A stretch of 64,000 nucleotides of DNA from assembly GCA_025808555.1 (NCBI GenBank), contig CP075526.1, positions 696,712 to 760,711 of the forward strand. Direction: 5' to 3'. The DNA is from Anaerolineales bacterium. Lineage in GTDB: Bacteria > Chloroflexota > Anaerolineae > Anaerolineales > UBA11579. Within the stretch, counting starts at the first letter, position 1; each line of letters begins with the position of its first letter. Both the position numbers and the translations under genes were made by a program. Below are positions 36,581-45,989 of this stretch, one piece after another. The notes under the pieces were generated by a model. The model ran no database searches. It worked only from the letters and a program-made list of their open reading frames with translations, and was not told the origin of the DNA.

Positions 36581-37738
36581 ATGCAGCAGATGGGCATGTT
36601 CTCCCCCGAACCCAAGACGATCACGGTAACCGAGCTGACGCGTGGCCTGCGCCGGGCGATCGAGTCAGTGGATGTGTTCCAGAACCTGTGGGTGCAGGGC
36701 GAAGTATCCAATTTTTCGCGCCCGCAATCCGGGCATTGGTATTTCACCCTGAAGGACCGCGACGCGGCCCTGCCGTGCGTGATGTGGCGCAGCACGGCTG
36801 AACTGCAGGCCCAAATCCCAAAAAATGGCGACAGCATCGAAGTGCACGGCGGGCTGAGCATTTACGAAGCCCAGGGGCGTTACCAGCTGTATGTGGACGA
36901 GATCCGCTCGGCCGGGGCGGGCACGCTGTACCAGAAATTTGTTGAGCTCAAGAACAAGCTGGAAGCCGAGGGCCTGTTCGAGCGCCGGCGCAGCCTGCCG
37001 CCCTGGCCGCGGCGCATCGGCATCGTCACTTCGGCCACCGGGGCGGCGCTGCAGGATGTGCTGCATACGCTGGAGCGCCGCTACCCGTTGGCCGAGGTGG
37101 TGCTGGCTCCGGCCCAGGTGCAAGGGCCGAGCGCGGCCATGTTGGTGGCGGATGCCTTGGGCATGCTGGACCAGTTCGCCCAGCCCGACCTGATCCTGCT
37201 GGTGCGCGGCGGCGGCTCGCTGGAGGACCTGGCGGCTTTCAACAGTGAAATTCTGGCGCGCGCCATCGTGCGCACCCGCGCCGTGGTGGTAAGCGGCGTG
37301 GGCCATGAAACCGATGTGACGATTGCCGACTTTGCGGCCGACCTGCGCGCCCCCACCCCCACCGCCGCAGCCGAGCTGGCCACGCCGGATGTGCAGGAAC
37401 TGCGCGGCCAGCTGGCCGCCCTGCGCAGCCGCCTGGTGCGCCAGACGCCGCTGGCCAAGATCAACCGGGCGCGCCAACAACTGGACGAGTTGAGCCTGCG
37501 CGGCGGCCGCGCCCTGGCGCAGCGTGCCCGCCTGCTGCGGGCAGAGCTGAGCAGCCAAACGGCTCGGCTGGAAGCGCTGAGCCCGCTAGCGGTGCTGCAA
37601 CGCGGCTACGCCGTGGTGCGCAGCGCCGAGGGCCAATTGGTGAGCGATGCCGGCAACGTGCAGGCCGGCGACAAGCTGACGGTGCGCGTGCAACGCGGCA
37701 GCATCAATGTAGAAGTAAAAGAGACGAAGGAAGACTAA
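36581..37738 (+). CDS. xseA: exodeoxyribonuclease VII large subunit
   Basis: The OB-fold start is ITVTELTRGLRRAIE...LWVQGEVSNFSRPQSGHWYFTLKD. Other blocks are IGIVTSATGAALQD and GGGSLEDL. The start is ambiguous (36551-36596). Confidence 0.9.
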   Translation: MQQMGMFSPEPKTITVTELTRGLRRAIESVDVFQNLWVQGEVSNFSRPQSGHWYFTLKDRDAALPCVMWRSTAELQAQIPKNGDSIEVHGGLSIYEAQGRYQLYVDEIRSAGAGTLYQKFVELKNKLEAEGLFERRRSLPPWPRRIGIVTSATGAALQDVLHTLERRYPLAEVVLAPAQVQGPSAAMLVADALGMLDQFAQPDLILLVRGGGSLEDLAAFNSEILARAIVRTRAVVVSGVGHETDVTIADFAADLRAPTPTAAAELATPDVQELRGQLAALRSRLVRQTPLAKINRARQQLDELSLRGGRALAQRARLLRAELSSQTARLEALSPLAVLQRGYAVVRSAEGQLVSDAGNVQAGDKLTVRVQRGSINVEVKETKED

Positions 37739-37962
37739 TGGCCAAGCCCAAAGAGATCAGCAGCCTGAGCTATGACCAGGCCTTGGAAGAGCTTGATAGC
37801 ATTGTGCAGCAATTGGAAGCCGAAGTGGGCGACCTGGACGCGGCCCTGGCGCTGTACGAGCGCGGCCAGGCGCTGAGCCAGCATTGCAGCACGCTGCTGG
37901 AGCAAGCCGAACTGCGCGTGCAGCAGCTGGGCGCCGACGGCGAGCTTAAGCCGCTGGAATGA
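37738..37962 (+). CDS. xseB: exodeoxyribonuclease VII small subunit
   Basis: LSYDQALEELDSIVQQLE...L..AL.LYERG. The start overlaps the xseA stop. Confidence 0.9.
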   Translation: MAKPKEISSLSYDQALEELDSIVQQLEAEVGDLDAALALYERGQALSQHCSTLLEQAELRVQQLGADGELKPLE

Positions 37963-38741
37963 TGCAGCCACTGCGCTTCATGGATGCGGCGCGGCCCAAG
38001 CCGCAGCCACGCGGCGTTGACGTGGTCAGCACCCTGTTGCATTTCTCCATCATCACCTATGCCGTGCCGTCTGAGCGCCTGCGCCCGCTGGTGCACGAGC
38101 GCTTTGAGCTGCTGACGGTTGAGGTGGACGGCGAGCAATGTGCCCTGGTGTCAGTAGTGCCATTTCAAGAGCTGGATTTCCGGCTGGCGGCCTACCCCTC
38201 CCCACAATTCCGTTTCGGGCAGACCAATTACCGCGTGTATGTGACCGACCGCAGCACGGGCCAGCCCTGTGTATGGTTCCTGGGCAGCCTGCTGGACTCG
38301 CTGACGGTGGTGATCCCCCGCTATCTATGGAAGCTACCCTGGCACCACGGGCGGATGCACTTTGACTGCGCGCTGGGGGCAGATGGGCGCTACGAACGCT
38401 ACGCCATCACAACGCGCTCAGCCTGGGGCGGCGCAGTGCTTAAGCTGCGGCAGGCCTTTAGTCTGCCGCAGCAGCATGCCGGCTTCCCGGACGAGGAGAC
38501 GGCCATGGTGTATCTAACACACCCGCTCAACGGCTACTACCACCGCCGTGACGGCAAGCTAGGCAGCTACAGCATCTGGCACGACCGACTGGAGATGCAG
38601 GCGGCCGAGGTGGTGGAGGCGCGCTTTGAGGCGCTGGAGCGGCTGGGGGTGGCCAGTTTTGAGGAGCAGCGCAGACCGTACAGCGCGTTGGTTCAGGCGC
38701 AGACGGAGTTCACGATCTACTTGCCGCCGGGGTTGGCGTAG
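37959..38741 (+). CDS. DUF2071-like hypothetical protein
   Basis: It is coupled to xseB (ATGA). The pattern LLHFSIITYAVPSERLRPLV...FQELDFR resembles DUF2071 as I recall it, which I have not verified. Confidence 0.5.
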   Translation: MMQPLRFMDAARPKPQPRGVDVVSTLLHFSIITYAVPSERLRPLVHERFELLTVEVDGEQCALVSVVPFQELDFRLAAYPSPQFRFGQTNYRVYVTDRSTGQPCVWFLGSLLDSLTVVIPRYLWKLPWHHGRMHFDCALGADGRYERYAITTRSAWGGAVLKLRQAFSLPQQHAGFPDEETAMVYLTHPLNGYYHRRDGKLGSYSIWHDRLEMQAAEVVEARFEALERLGVASFEEQRRPYSALVQAQTEFTIYLPPGLA

Positions 38742-39014
38742 AGGCTACGGCGGCGCGATAAAACGAAGAGCTTCAAGCTTTCTTTTTTCAGGGGCGCTGC
38801 CCCTGTGACCCCGCAGGGGGAACCTACGCTACGCTGGAGTTGGTTCCCCTGGCCCCTCCGCAAACGCTCAGTCTGGGATCTGCAACCATAGAAGACGGCG
38901 GCGACGATGGCCTCGAAGACCTGGATATTGATCTTGACCTGGATTTCTGGGGTCCCGCGTCGTACGTGAGCTCGTGCTGCTTGTTACAAGCTCACTTTTG
39001 AACAGGCTGCTGGC

Positions 39015-39382
39015 TTAACCTAATTTTGATCGGAGCGCTTTGGGCAGGCTGGCAATGACGAGAGCGTAGGAATGATCGATCATTTCGCGCAGGACATCAT
39101 CGGGCAAGCCTTCGCCTACCACGACCGTGTTCCAATGCTTTTTGTTCATGTGATAACCCGGGCGCACCCACTGGGGATAGGCGGCGCGGAGAGCTAGGGC
39201 ATCTTCAGGATCGCACTTGAGATTCAGGGTCAGCTGCTCCTCGCCCTCGCCGATGAGGCCGAACATCTTGCCGCCCACTTTGAGCACACGCGCCCCAGGG
39301 CCAAACGGATAGCTGTCGCTGGCGCCAGGTTTCTTGAGGAAATATAGGCCAGCACGCCGGCGTGAGTTTGCAATTTAGCCAT
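39015..39382 (-). pseudogene. MmcQ/YjbR family gene interrupted by an apparent 1-nt frameshift
   Basis: ATG 39382 (overlapping the tlyA stop) gives [17 protein letters not shown]. One extra A in the AGAAAC run (plus strand 39328-39335) would join it to KPGASDSYPFGPGARVLKVGGKMFGLI...HMNKKHWNTVV, matching the full-length YjbR layout. Confidence 0.6.
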
Positions 39383-40181
39383 CGGTGTCCTCCTGAGGCG
39401 TACCGGCCAAGACCACATCGAGGTCTATGCTGTGAGCAACGATTTCCTCAGAAACGGAAGCCGTTGCCCACAGCAAAAACTCCACGTTGCCTTTGGGGCC
39501 AAGCACGGGCGAGCGCAGCAGACCGCGTACCGTCAGCCCCCGTTCGGCGACAAAATCGAGCATATCCTGCAGCACGCGGCGGTGGACGGCGGCGTCACGG
39601 ATCACGCCTTTGCCGCGGGCCACTTCCTTCTTGCCCGCCTCGAACTGGGGCTTGATGAGCGCGACCACCTGTCCACCGGGCTTAAGCCAGTGTTGGAAAA
39701 CGGGCAGCAGGGTCTTAAGCGAGATGAACGAAGCATCGACCACCACGCCATCTACCAATTCAGGCAGGGCGACTACGTTGCGGGCATTGGTCTCTTCCAT
39801 TACAACGACGCGCGGATCCTGGCGCAGTTGCCAGTGCAGCTGGCCCTTGCCCACATCGATGGCGTAGACCTTGGCCGCGCCGCGCTGGAGTAAACAATCG
39901 GTGAAGCCGCCAGTGGAGGCGCCGACATCCGCCGCCACCCAGCCGGCCACATCGATGGCGAAGCCGTCCAGCGCAGCTTGCAGCTTCTCGCCGCCGCGCG
40001 AGACGAAGGGCGGCCGTGCGGCCAGCTCGAGGGCAGCATCCTCCGCCAGCAGCTGGCCGGGTTTATCCACGATCTGGCCGTTGAGGCGCACCTGGCCGGC
40101 CATGAGCAAGCGCTGGGCCTGGCTGCGAGTCTCAGCCAGGCCGCGCTTCACCAGCAGCAGATCGGCGCGTTGTTTGGGCAT
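39375..40181 (-). CDS. tlyA: TlyA family rRNA (cytidine-2'-O)-methyltransferase
   Basis: S4 domain [27 protein letters not shown] plus the FtsJ-type SAM site [16 protein letters not shown]. Confidence 0.9.
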   Translation of the reverse strand: MPKQRADLLLVKRGLAETRSQAQRLLMAGQVRLNGQIVDKPGQLLAEDAALELAARPPFVSRGGEKLQAALDGFAIDVAGWVAADVGASTGGFTDCLLQRGAAKVYAIDVGKGQLHWQLRQDPRVVVMEETNARNVVALPELVDGVVVDASFISLKTLLPVFQHWLKPGGQVVALIKPQFEAGKKEVARGKGVIRDAAVHRRVLQDMLDFVAERGLTVRGLLRSPVLGPKGNVEFLLWATASVSEEIVAHSIDLDVVLAGTPQEDTDG

Positions 40182-40232
40182 GACTTGATTTTATAGCACT
40201 GCCAACTATGGCAACGCCACAGTTGGCAGTGT

Positions 40233-41108
40233 ATGATTCGTAGCATGCTGCTCGCTTTGCTAAAAAACATGCGCCCGAAGCAATGGGCCAAGAACGTTTT
40301 GCTGTTTGCGGGGCTGGTGTTCGACCGTCAGCTGACCCAGCTGGGCCCGCTGAAGCAAACCCTGCTCGGTTTCGTGTTCTTCTGCCTGCTCAGCAGCAGC
40401 GTGTATCTGATCAACGACATCATGGACCTGGAGGCGGACCGCCGCCACCCGGTCAAGAAGAAACGCCCGCTGGCATCCGGCGCGCTGCCGCTGCCGCTGG
40501 CGATGGGCGCGGCGGGGGTCTGCATGCTGGCAGCGCTGCTGGGCGGCTTCTGGCTCTCGCCTGCGTTCGGCATCATCTGCGTGATTTACCTGGCGCTCAA
40601 CTTTGCTTACTCCCGCTGGCTCAAGCACATCGCCATCATTGATGTGATCGTGCTGGCCATGTTCTACGTGCTGCGGGTGGCGGCCGGCGTGACCCTGATC
40701 GATGTGGTGCGCTTCTCTCCGTGGCTGTATGTATTCACCACCTTCTTTGCGCTGTTCCTCGGTATTGGCAAACGCCGGGCAGAGATCACCGCCAAGGGTG
40801 GCGCCCATACCCGAAAAGTTCTGGCGGGTTATACCCAGGAGTTCCTTGACCAGTTGCTGCTGATCGTGCTGAGCCTGGCGATCCTGACCTACAGCCTGTA
40901 CACCTTCTCGGCTCCGAACCTGCCTGACAATCACAGCATGATGCTGACGATCCCCTTCGTGCTGTATGGCTTCTTTCGTTATTTATATCTAGTGCAGGTC
41001 AAACACTCTGGCGAAGCGCCAGAGGAGATCCTGTTCTCCGACCGCCCGCTGCAAATTGACCTGGTGCTGTGGGCGTTGACCGTGTTGCTGGTCTTCTATA
41101 TCTCGTGA
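40233..41108 (+). CDS. UbiA-family prenyltransferase, decaprenyl-phosphate phosphoribosyltransferase-like
   Basis: NDIMDLEADRRHPVKKKRPLASG, with a second Asp-rich region. About 8 TM helices. Confidence 0.75.
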   Translation: MIRSMLLALLKNMRPKQWAKNVLLFAGLVFDRQLTQLGPLKQTLLGFVFFCLLSSSVYLINDIMDLEADRRHPVKKKRPLASGALPLPLAMGAAGVCMLAALLGGFWLSPAFGIICVIYLALNFAYSRWLKHIAIIDVIVLAMFYVLRVAAGVTLIDVVRFSPWLYVFTTFFALFLGIGKRRAEITAKGGAHTRKVLAGYTQEFLDQLLLIVLSLAILTYSLYTFSAPNLPDNHSMMLTIPFVLYGFFRYLYLVQVKHSGEAPEEILFSDRPLQIDLVLWALTVLLVFYIS

Positions 41109-41110
41109 GC

Positions 41111-42049
41111 ATGCCGGCAGGCACCGGGGCGGCCCCCGGCAAAGTGATCTTATTTGGCGAGCACGCCGCCGTGTACGGGCAGCCCGCCATCGCCGTGCCG
41201 GTGCAGCAGGTGACGGCCCGCGCCCTGGTGCGCCCGCTGTTCAATGCGCCCAGCGGGCGCATCCGCATCCTGGCCCCCGAAGTGGGCTTCGAAGCCGACC
41301 TGAGCGAGATGGACGCGCAGCACCCGCTGGCGGCGGCCGTGCGCTTCACGCTGGAGGCGATGGGCGTGGAGCACCCGCTGGCAGTCACCATTCGGATCAG
41401 CTCCACCATCCCGGTGGCGGCGGGGCTGGGCTCCGGCGCGGCGGTCAGCGTGGCCATCGCCCGGGCGCTGTCTGGCTTTCTGGGCCATCCGCTGAATGAT
41501 GAGCAGGTCAGCGCGGTGGCGTTCGAGGTCGAGAAGATCCACCACGGCACTCCGTCCGGCATCGATAACACCGTCATCACCTATAACCGGCCGGTGTATT
41601 TCATTAAGGGCCAGCCGTTGCAAACCTTCACGCTGGGCGCGCCGCTGAACTTGGTGATCGCCGACACGGGCATCCCCAGCCCAACCAAAGTGACGGTGGG
41701 CGATGTGCGCGCCAGTTGGGAAGCTGAACCCGAACGCTATGACGCGTTGTTTGCTGAAATTGGCGCGATCGCCAAAACAGCCCGTGGCGCGCTGGAGCGC
41801 GGCGAACTGGCCACACTCGGCGAACTGATGAACCGCAACCACAGCCTGCTGCAAGACCTGGGCGTATCCAGCCCCGAGCTGGACAGCCTGGTGGCGGCGG
41901 CCCGCGCCGCCGGCGCGCTGGGCGCCAAGCTCTCCGGCGGCGGGCGCGGCGGCAACATGGTGGCGCTGACCAACGGCGACCCGGCCGCGCTGCAAAGCCA
42001 GCTGCACGCAGCAGGCGCCCGCAGTAGCCTGCACACGGTGGTGGTATGA
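41111..42049 (+). CDS. mvk: mevalonate kinase
   Basis: GKVILFGEHAAVYGQPAIAVPV and the GHMP motif PVAAGLGSGAAVSVA. The ATG lies 3 nt after the upstream stop. Confidence 0.88.
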   Translation: MPAGTGAAPGKVILFGEHAAVYGQPAIAVPVQQVTARALVRPLFNAPSGRIRILAPEVGFEADLSEMDAQHPLAAAVRFTLEAMGVEHPLAVTIRISSTIPVAAGLGSGAAVSVAIARALSGFLGHPLNDEQVSAVAFEVEKIHHGTPSGIDNTVITYNRPVYFIKGQPLQTFTLGAPLNLVIADTGIPSPTKVTVGDVRASWEAEPERYDALFAEIGAIAKTARGALERGELATLGELMNRNHSLLQDLGVSSPELDSLVAAARAAGALGAKLSGGGRGGNMVALTNGDPAALQSQLHAAGARSSLHTVVV

Positions 42050-42846
42050 GCGAGCTGGTCTTCCTCAAACTGGGCGGTTCGTTGATCACGGACAAGCACA
42101 CCGAGGCCATGCTGCGCCCGGAGCTGGTGCGACGGATTGTGGAGGAGATTGCCGCAGCGCGCCAAGCCAGCCCCGATCTGCAAATTGTGCTCGGGCACGG
42201 CTCCGGCTCGTTTGGGCATGTGCCGGCCAAGAAATTTGGCACGCGCCAGGGCGTGCGCACGCCGAAGCAGTGGCGCGGGTTTGTGGAGGTATGGCGCTAT
42301 GCCAGCGCGCTCAACCAGGCGGTGATGGGAGCGCTGGCCGCGGTGAGTGACCAGCCGGCCGTAGCGTTTGCGCCGGTGAGCAGCGTGCTGGCCGCCGGCG
42401 GCCGCGTACAGCATTGGAACCTGGAACCGCTGCGCCGCGCCCTGGCCTCGGGCCTGCTGCCGGTGGTGTATGGTGACGTGATATTTGATATGGAGCTCGG
42501 CGGCACGATCTTCTCGACCGAGGACCTGTTCGTGCATCTGGCCGCCGAGCTGCGGCCTGCACGCATTCTGCTGGCGGGCAGCGACGCCGGCGTGTATGAC
42601 CGCTACCCGGACGGCGAAGTGGTGGGGCGCATCACACCCGCCAGTTATGCCAACCTGGCGGCGCTGCCGGGAGCATCGGCGGCCACGGACGTGACCGGCG
42701 GCATGGCCAGCAAGGTGGAGAGCATGCTGAGCATCGTGCAGGCCCAGCCCGAATGCACGGTGAGCATTTTTTCGGGGATTGAAGAGGGCAACATTCGCAA
42801 CGCGTTGCTGGGCAAAATGCTCGGCACCACGCTGGCAGCGCAGTAA
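42046..42846 (+). CDS. isopentenyl phosphate kinase
   Basis: Amino-acid-kinase fold with LVFLKLGGSLITDK and VLGHGSGSFGH. It overlaps the mvk stop (ATGA). Confidence 0.8.
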   Translation: MSELVFLKLGGSLITDKHTEAMLRPELVRRIVEEIAAARQASPDLQIVLGHGSGSFGHVPAKKFGTRQGVRTPKQWRGFVEVWRYASALNQAVMGALAAVSDQPAVAFAPVSSVLAAGGRVQHWNLEPLRRALASGLLPVVYGDVIFDMELGGTIFSTEDLFVHLAAELRPARILLAGSDAGVYDRYPDGEVVGRITPASYANLAALPGASAATDVTGGMASKVESMLSIVQAQPECTVSIFSGIEEGNIRNALLGKMLGTTLAAQ

Positions 42847-42903
42847 TTGCCCTGCGTTTCTCTCGTTGACAGTCCCATAGCCATCAACTAGACTTTTCAT
42901 ACG

Positions 42904-44058
42904 ATGATCATTACGCGCCAACTACTCGAACAGTACGAGGACCAGACACTGGCTCCATACGGGATGCGCAGCCGCGACAGCAAGGGCCGCGAATACCCCG
43001 ACAAGGAACCGGAGTATCGCACTGCATTCCAGCGCGATCGTGACCGCATCATTCACACCACAGCATTCCGCCGCCTGGAGTACAAGACGCAAGTCTTCAA
43101 CAATTTTGAGGGCGACTACTTCCGCACGCGCTTGACCCATACACTCGAAGTGGCCCAAGTGGGCCGCACCATCGCGCGGGCGCTGGGCGCCAACGAGGAT
43201 CTGATCGAGGCGATCTGCCTGGCGCACGACCTGGGGCACGCTGCCTTCGGCCACTCCGGCGAAGCCACGCTCAACGAGCTGCTCAAGGACCACGGCGGCT
43301 ACGATCACAACAAACAGTCCTTCCGCATCGTCACCAAGCTGGAGCGCCGCTTTCCCAACTGGCCCGGGCTCAACCTGACCTGGGAAGTGCGCGAGGGCAT
43401 CGTCAAGCACGAGACCGAATACGACGTCTCGGATGCGACCGACTTCAACCCGGAGCTGCGCGGCAACCTGGAAGCGCAGATTGCCAACATTGCCGATGAG
43501 CTGGCCTACACCACCCATGACCTGGATGATGGTTTGCGCTCGGGCATGATCCACCACGAAATGTTCGGCGATCTGGGCCTGTGGAAGATGGTGATCGAGA
43601 GCGTGGGCTGGGACGGCAAGGGCGAGATGAGCGAACTGCTGCGCCACCAGATCATCCGCCGCCTGGTGGGCATCCTGATCAGTGATGTGGTCGAAGCCAC
43701 CAATGCCCGCATCGAGGCCAGCGGGGCGCAGAGCGCGCTGGCCATCCAGCAATTGGACGCGAATGTGATAGGCTATAGCGATTCATTGCTCCCACTCAAC
43801 AAAGAACTGAAGACCTTTTTGTTCAAGAACCTGTACAACCACCCTCGGGTGCGCGGCATGGCCGAGCACGCCCGCAACGCGCTCATCACCATCTACCGCG
43901 CCTATGTGGCCAAGCCGGAGATGCTGCCGCCTGACTTCCAGGCGGCCATCCCCAGCCGCGGCCTGGAGCGGGCCGTGTGTGATTACATTGCCGGCATGAC
44001 CGATCGGTTTGCCGAGCAGGAGAACAACCGACTGAAGGGAAGTACTGGCTTGCCATGA
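42904..44058 (+). CDS. dGTP triphosphohydrolase-like HD-domain protein
   Basis: FQRDRDRIIHTTAFRRLEYKTQVF, RLTHTLEVAQV, AHDLGHAAFGH and DELAYTTHDLDDG. Confidence 0.88.
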   Translation: MIITRQLLEQYEDQTLAPYGMRSRDSKGREYPDKEPEYRTAFQRDRDRIIHTTAFRRLEYKTQVFNNFEGDYFRTRLTHTLEVAQVGRTIARALGANEDLIEAICLAHDLGHAAFGHSGEATLNELLKDHGGYDHNKQSFRIVTKLERRFPNWPGLNLTWEVREGIVKHETEYDVSDATDFNPELRGNLEAQIANIADELAYTTHDLDDGLRSGMIHHEMFGDLGLWKMVIESVGWDGKGEMSELLRHQIIRRLVGILISDVVEATNARIEASGAQSALAIQQLDANVIGYSDSLLPLNKELKTFLFKNLYNHPRVRGMAEHARNALITIYRAYVAKPEMLPPDFQAAIPSRGLERAVCDYIAGMTDRFAEQENNRLKGSTGLP

Positions 44059-44525
44059 GCTCACACGAGTTTTATCTGACCCCCGAAGGCATCGAGAAGC
44101 TCAAGGCCGAGCTGGCTGAGCTGAGCGGCCCGCGCCGCACGGAGTTGGCCCAACGCCTGCGCACCGCCATCCAGCAGGGCGACCTGTCTGAGAATGCGGA
44201 CTACTCCAAGGCCAAGGAAGACCAGGCCTTTCTGGAAGGCCGCATTCAGGAGATCAATGCCATTCTGGGTAATGCGGTCCTGATCACGGAGCAAAGCAAC
44301 CCGGACGGCGTGATCGGCATCGGCTCGACGGTGACGCTGAAGGAAAAGGGGCGCGAGCCGGTCAGGTACTTCCTGGTGGGCGCGCAGGAGGCTGACCCGC
44401 GCAATGGCAAGATCTCGAACGAGTCACCGATCGGCAAGGCGCTGCTGGGCCATAAGGCCGGCGACAAGATAGAGGCGCACACCCCGGCGGGGGCTTTAGT
44501 GTTTGAAGTGGTGAGTGTGGAGTAG
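44055..44525 (+). CDS. greA: transcription elongation factor GreA
   Basis: LTPEGIEKLKAELAEL..RR...L..A...GDLSENADY and SNESPIGKALLGHKAGD. Confidence 0.93.
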   Translation: MSSHEFYLTPEGIEKLKAELAELSGPRRTELAQRLRTAIQQGDLSENADYSKAKEDQAFLEGRIQEINAILGNAVLITEQSNPDGVIGIGSTVTLKEKGREPVRYFLVGAQEADPRNGKISNESPIGKALLGHKAGDKIEAHTPAGALVFEVVSVE

Positions 44526-44650
44526 TTGACAGTAGACAGACGGCAGTTGACAGAAACCTACCCCGATTGAGTTATTCACAAACAGACTCATATCTTCCCT
44601 TCTCCCACTGGGAGAGGGCGCGAGCCAGCGGGGTGAGGAAGTCTGCAAAC

Positions 44651-44677
44651 AAAAAGCCAGCTTTCGCTGGCTTTTTT
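44651..44677. terminator. bidirectional intrinsic terminator between greA and the convergent hypothetical gene
   Basis: AAAAAGCCAGC-tttc-GCTGGCTTTTTT. Confidence 0.8.
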
Positions 44678-44702
44678 CTGTCTACTGTTGTCTGTGCACT
44701 GT

Positions 44703-45788
44703 TTACTGCTTCGACCAGACGGCCAATTCGAGCGTGACGCGCTCGAAGAAGCTGTCCTCAGGCAGGGCGCCTTCGCCGTATTGCATATCCACCACGCGGG
44801 CGACCATTTGGAGGGTAGCGGTCTCGAGCACCATCTCGACGCCGGGGCTGCACAGCGCCGGCTCGCCCTTGGCGGAGAGGCGGGCGCGGGCCGCATCATC
44901 GCGGAAGACGTGGCTACTCATCAGCACCTTGGTGACGGTTTGGATGTCATTCTTATCGAACAGCCAGATCTCAAAGGCGGTCACGCGCTTGGGTGTGCCC
45001 ACGCCGATCGTCTCGGCGATGCCAACGCCGCATTCGCCCATGAACTCGCCGGCTGGCGAATCGATGCTGAACGAGTCGTCGAAGAGGTCATCGCCCACGT
45101 GATACGTGGTCATCCATTGCGAGAGCGGCAGCGCATCCCCGCCGCCAGCATGCGGCAGCGGGCTGGCGGGCTGCATGCGGCCGCGCGGGCCAAAGGGCGA
45201 AGCGCTGCCGGCTGCCGCCTGCCGGCGCTTCCACAGGGTGATGCCGCCGAACGCGACGGCGATGGCGATCATCAGGCCGCACATCATGGTCAGCCAGTTG
45301 CGCGCGTTCTGCAACGGCGCGCCGGCGGCGGGCTGGGTAGGCTGCGGAGTCGGCTGACCGTCTGCGGGGGTTTGCGGGTCAGCCGTGGTGAGCTGGCCCA
45401 GCATGGATTGGAAATGGGCGATGGTATCGATGCTCTGGCTGCCGGGGGCGGCGGCAACGGCCGCCATGGTGGAGTCGACTGCGGCGCCGAGCGCCGTCAG
45501 GCGCTCACGCGCCGCGGCTTCGTCGGGGTTCAGGGTGTAGGAGTCGATGACGGCGCGCAGGTAGCTCTGCTGGTAGTCGGCGCGCAGCTGTTCCGGATTG
45601 CCGTCAACGAATTCGACGGGGTAGAGCCACCAGCCGATGACCAGCCAGCCGAAGAGCAGGCCGGCAATGCCAGCCACGATGGCCAAGGTGCGGGGTTGGC
45701 GCAGGCTGGCGAGTAGTTGCGCCGGGTTGAAAGCCGCCCTGCGGAGCGGGGCGGGCTCATTCGTTTGAGGTTCTGGGTCGTAGTCCAT
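44703..45788 (-). CDS. hypothetical membrane protein (two TM segments, unknown soluble C-terminal domain)
   Basis: The TM segments are at IVAGIAGLLFGWLVIGWWL and WLTMMCGLMIAIAVAFGGITLW. No family recognised. Confidence 0.55.
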   Translation of the reverse strand: MDYDPEPQTNEPAPLRRAAFNPAQLLASLRQPRTLAIVAGIAGLLFGWLVIGWWLYPVEFVDGNPEQLRADYQQSYLRAVIDSYTLNPDEAAARERLTALGAAVDSTMAAVAAAPGSQSIDTIAHFQSMLGQLTTADPQTPADGQPTPQPTQPAAGAPLQNARNWLTMMCGLMIAIAVAFGGITLWKRRQAAAGSASPFGPRGRMQPASPLPHAGGGDALPLSQWMTTYHVGDDLFDDSFSIDSPAGEFMGECGVGIAETIGVGTPKRVTAFEIWLFDKNDIQTVTKVLMSSHVFRDDAARARLSAKGEPALCSPGVEMVLETATLQMVARVVDMQYGEGALPEDSFFERVTLELAVWSKQ

Positions 45789-45852
45789 TAGGGTTGGATT
45801 CTAGAGGAGCGGGCACGAATACGCAACTGGTCTAGGCAATCTGAAAGGCAAG

Positions 45853-45969
45853 GTCATTCCGAACCCGAGCGCAGCGAGTGGTGAGGAATCCTTTAGTGCA
45901 TTGCCAAACCAGAGTAACTTTTTTGGCCTAAAGGATTCCTCCTCGGCCTTTGGCCTCGTTCGGAATGAC
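45853..45969. repeat. 117-bp imperfect hairpin repeat (GTCATTCCGAAC ... GAGGAATCCTTTAG family)
   Basis: The left arm is GTCATTCCGAAC..GAGGAATCCTTTAG and the right arm is CTAAAGGATTCCTC..GTTCGGAATGAC. A related half-element starts at 16615. Confidence 0.7.
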
Positions 45970-45989
45970 AGGGGGTGTTTTAGCCAGCC

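Noticed and set aside
38742-39014. 273-bp spacer between convergent genes screened for tRNA, sRNA or a small toxin gene
   Set aside because: It contains several GC hairpins (CAGGGGCGCTGCCCCTG; GGGGAACC...GGTTCCCC) and a possible terminator (GTGAGCT...AGCTCAC-TTTT). There is no tRNA-like T-arm and no ORF with an SD.
41737-42921. 394-aa minus-strand ORF opposite mvk and IPK
   Set aside because: It is a shadow ORF. The plus-strand genes carry clear GHMP and amino-acid-kinase motifs and are translationally coupled.
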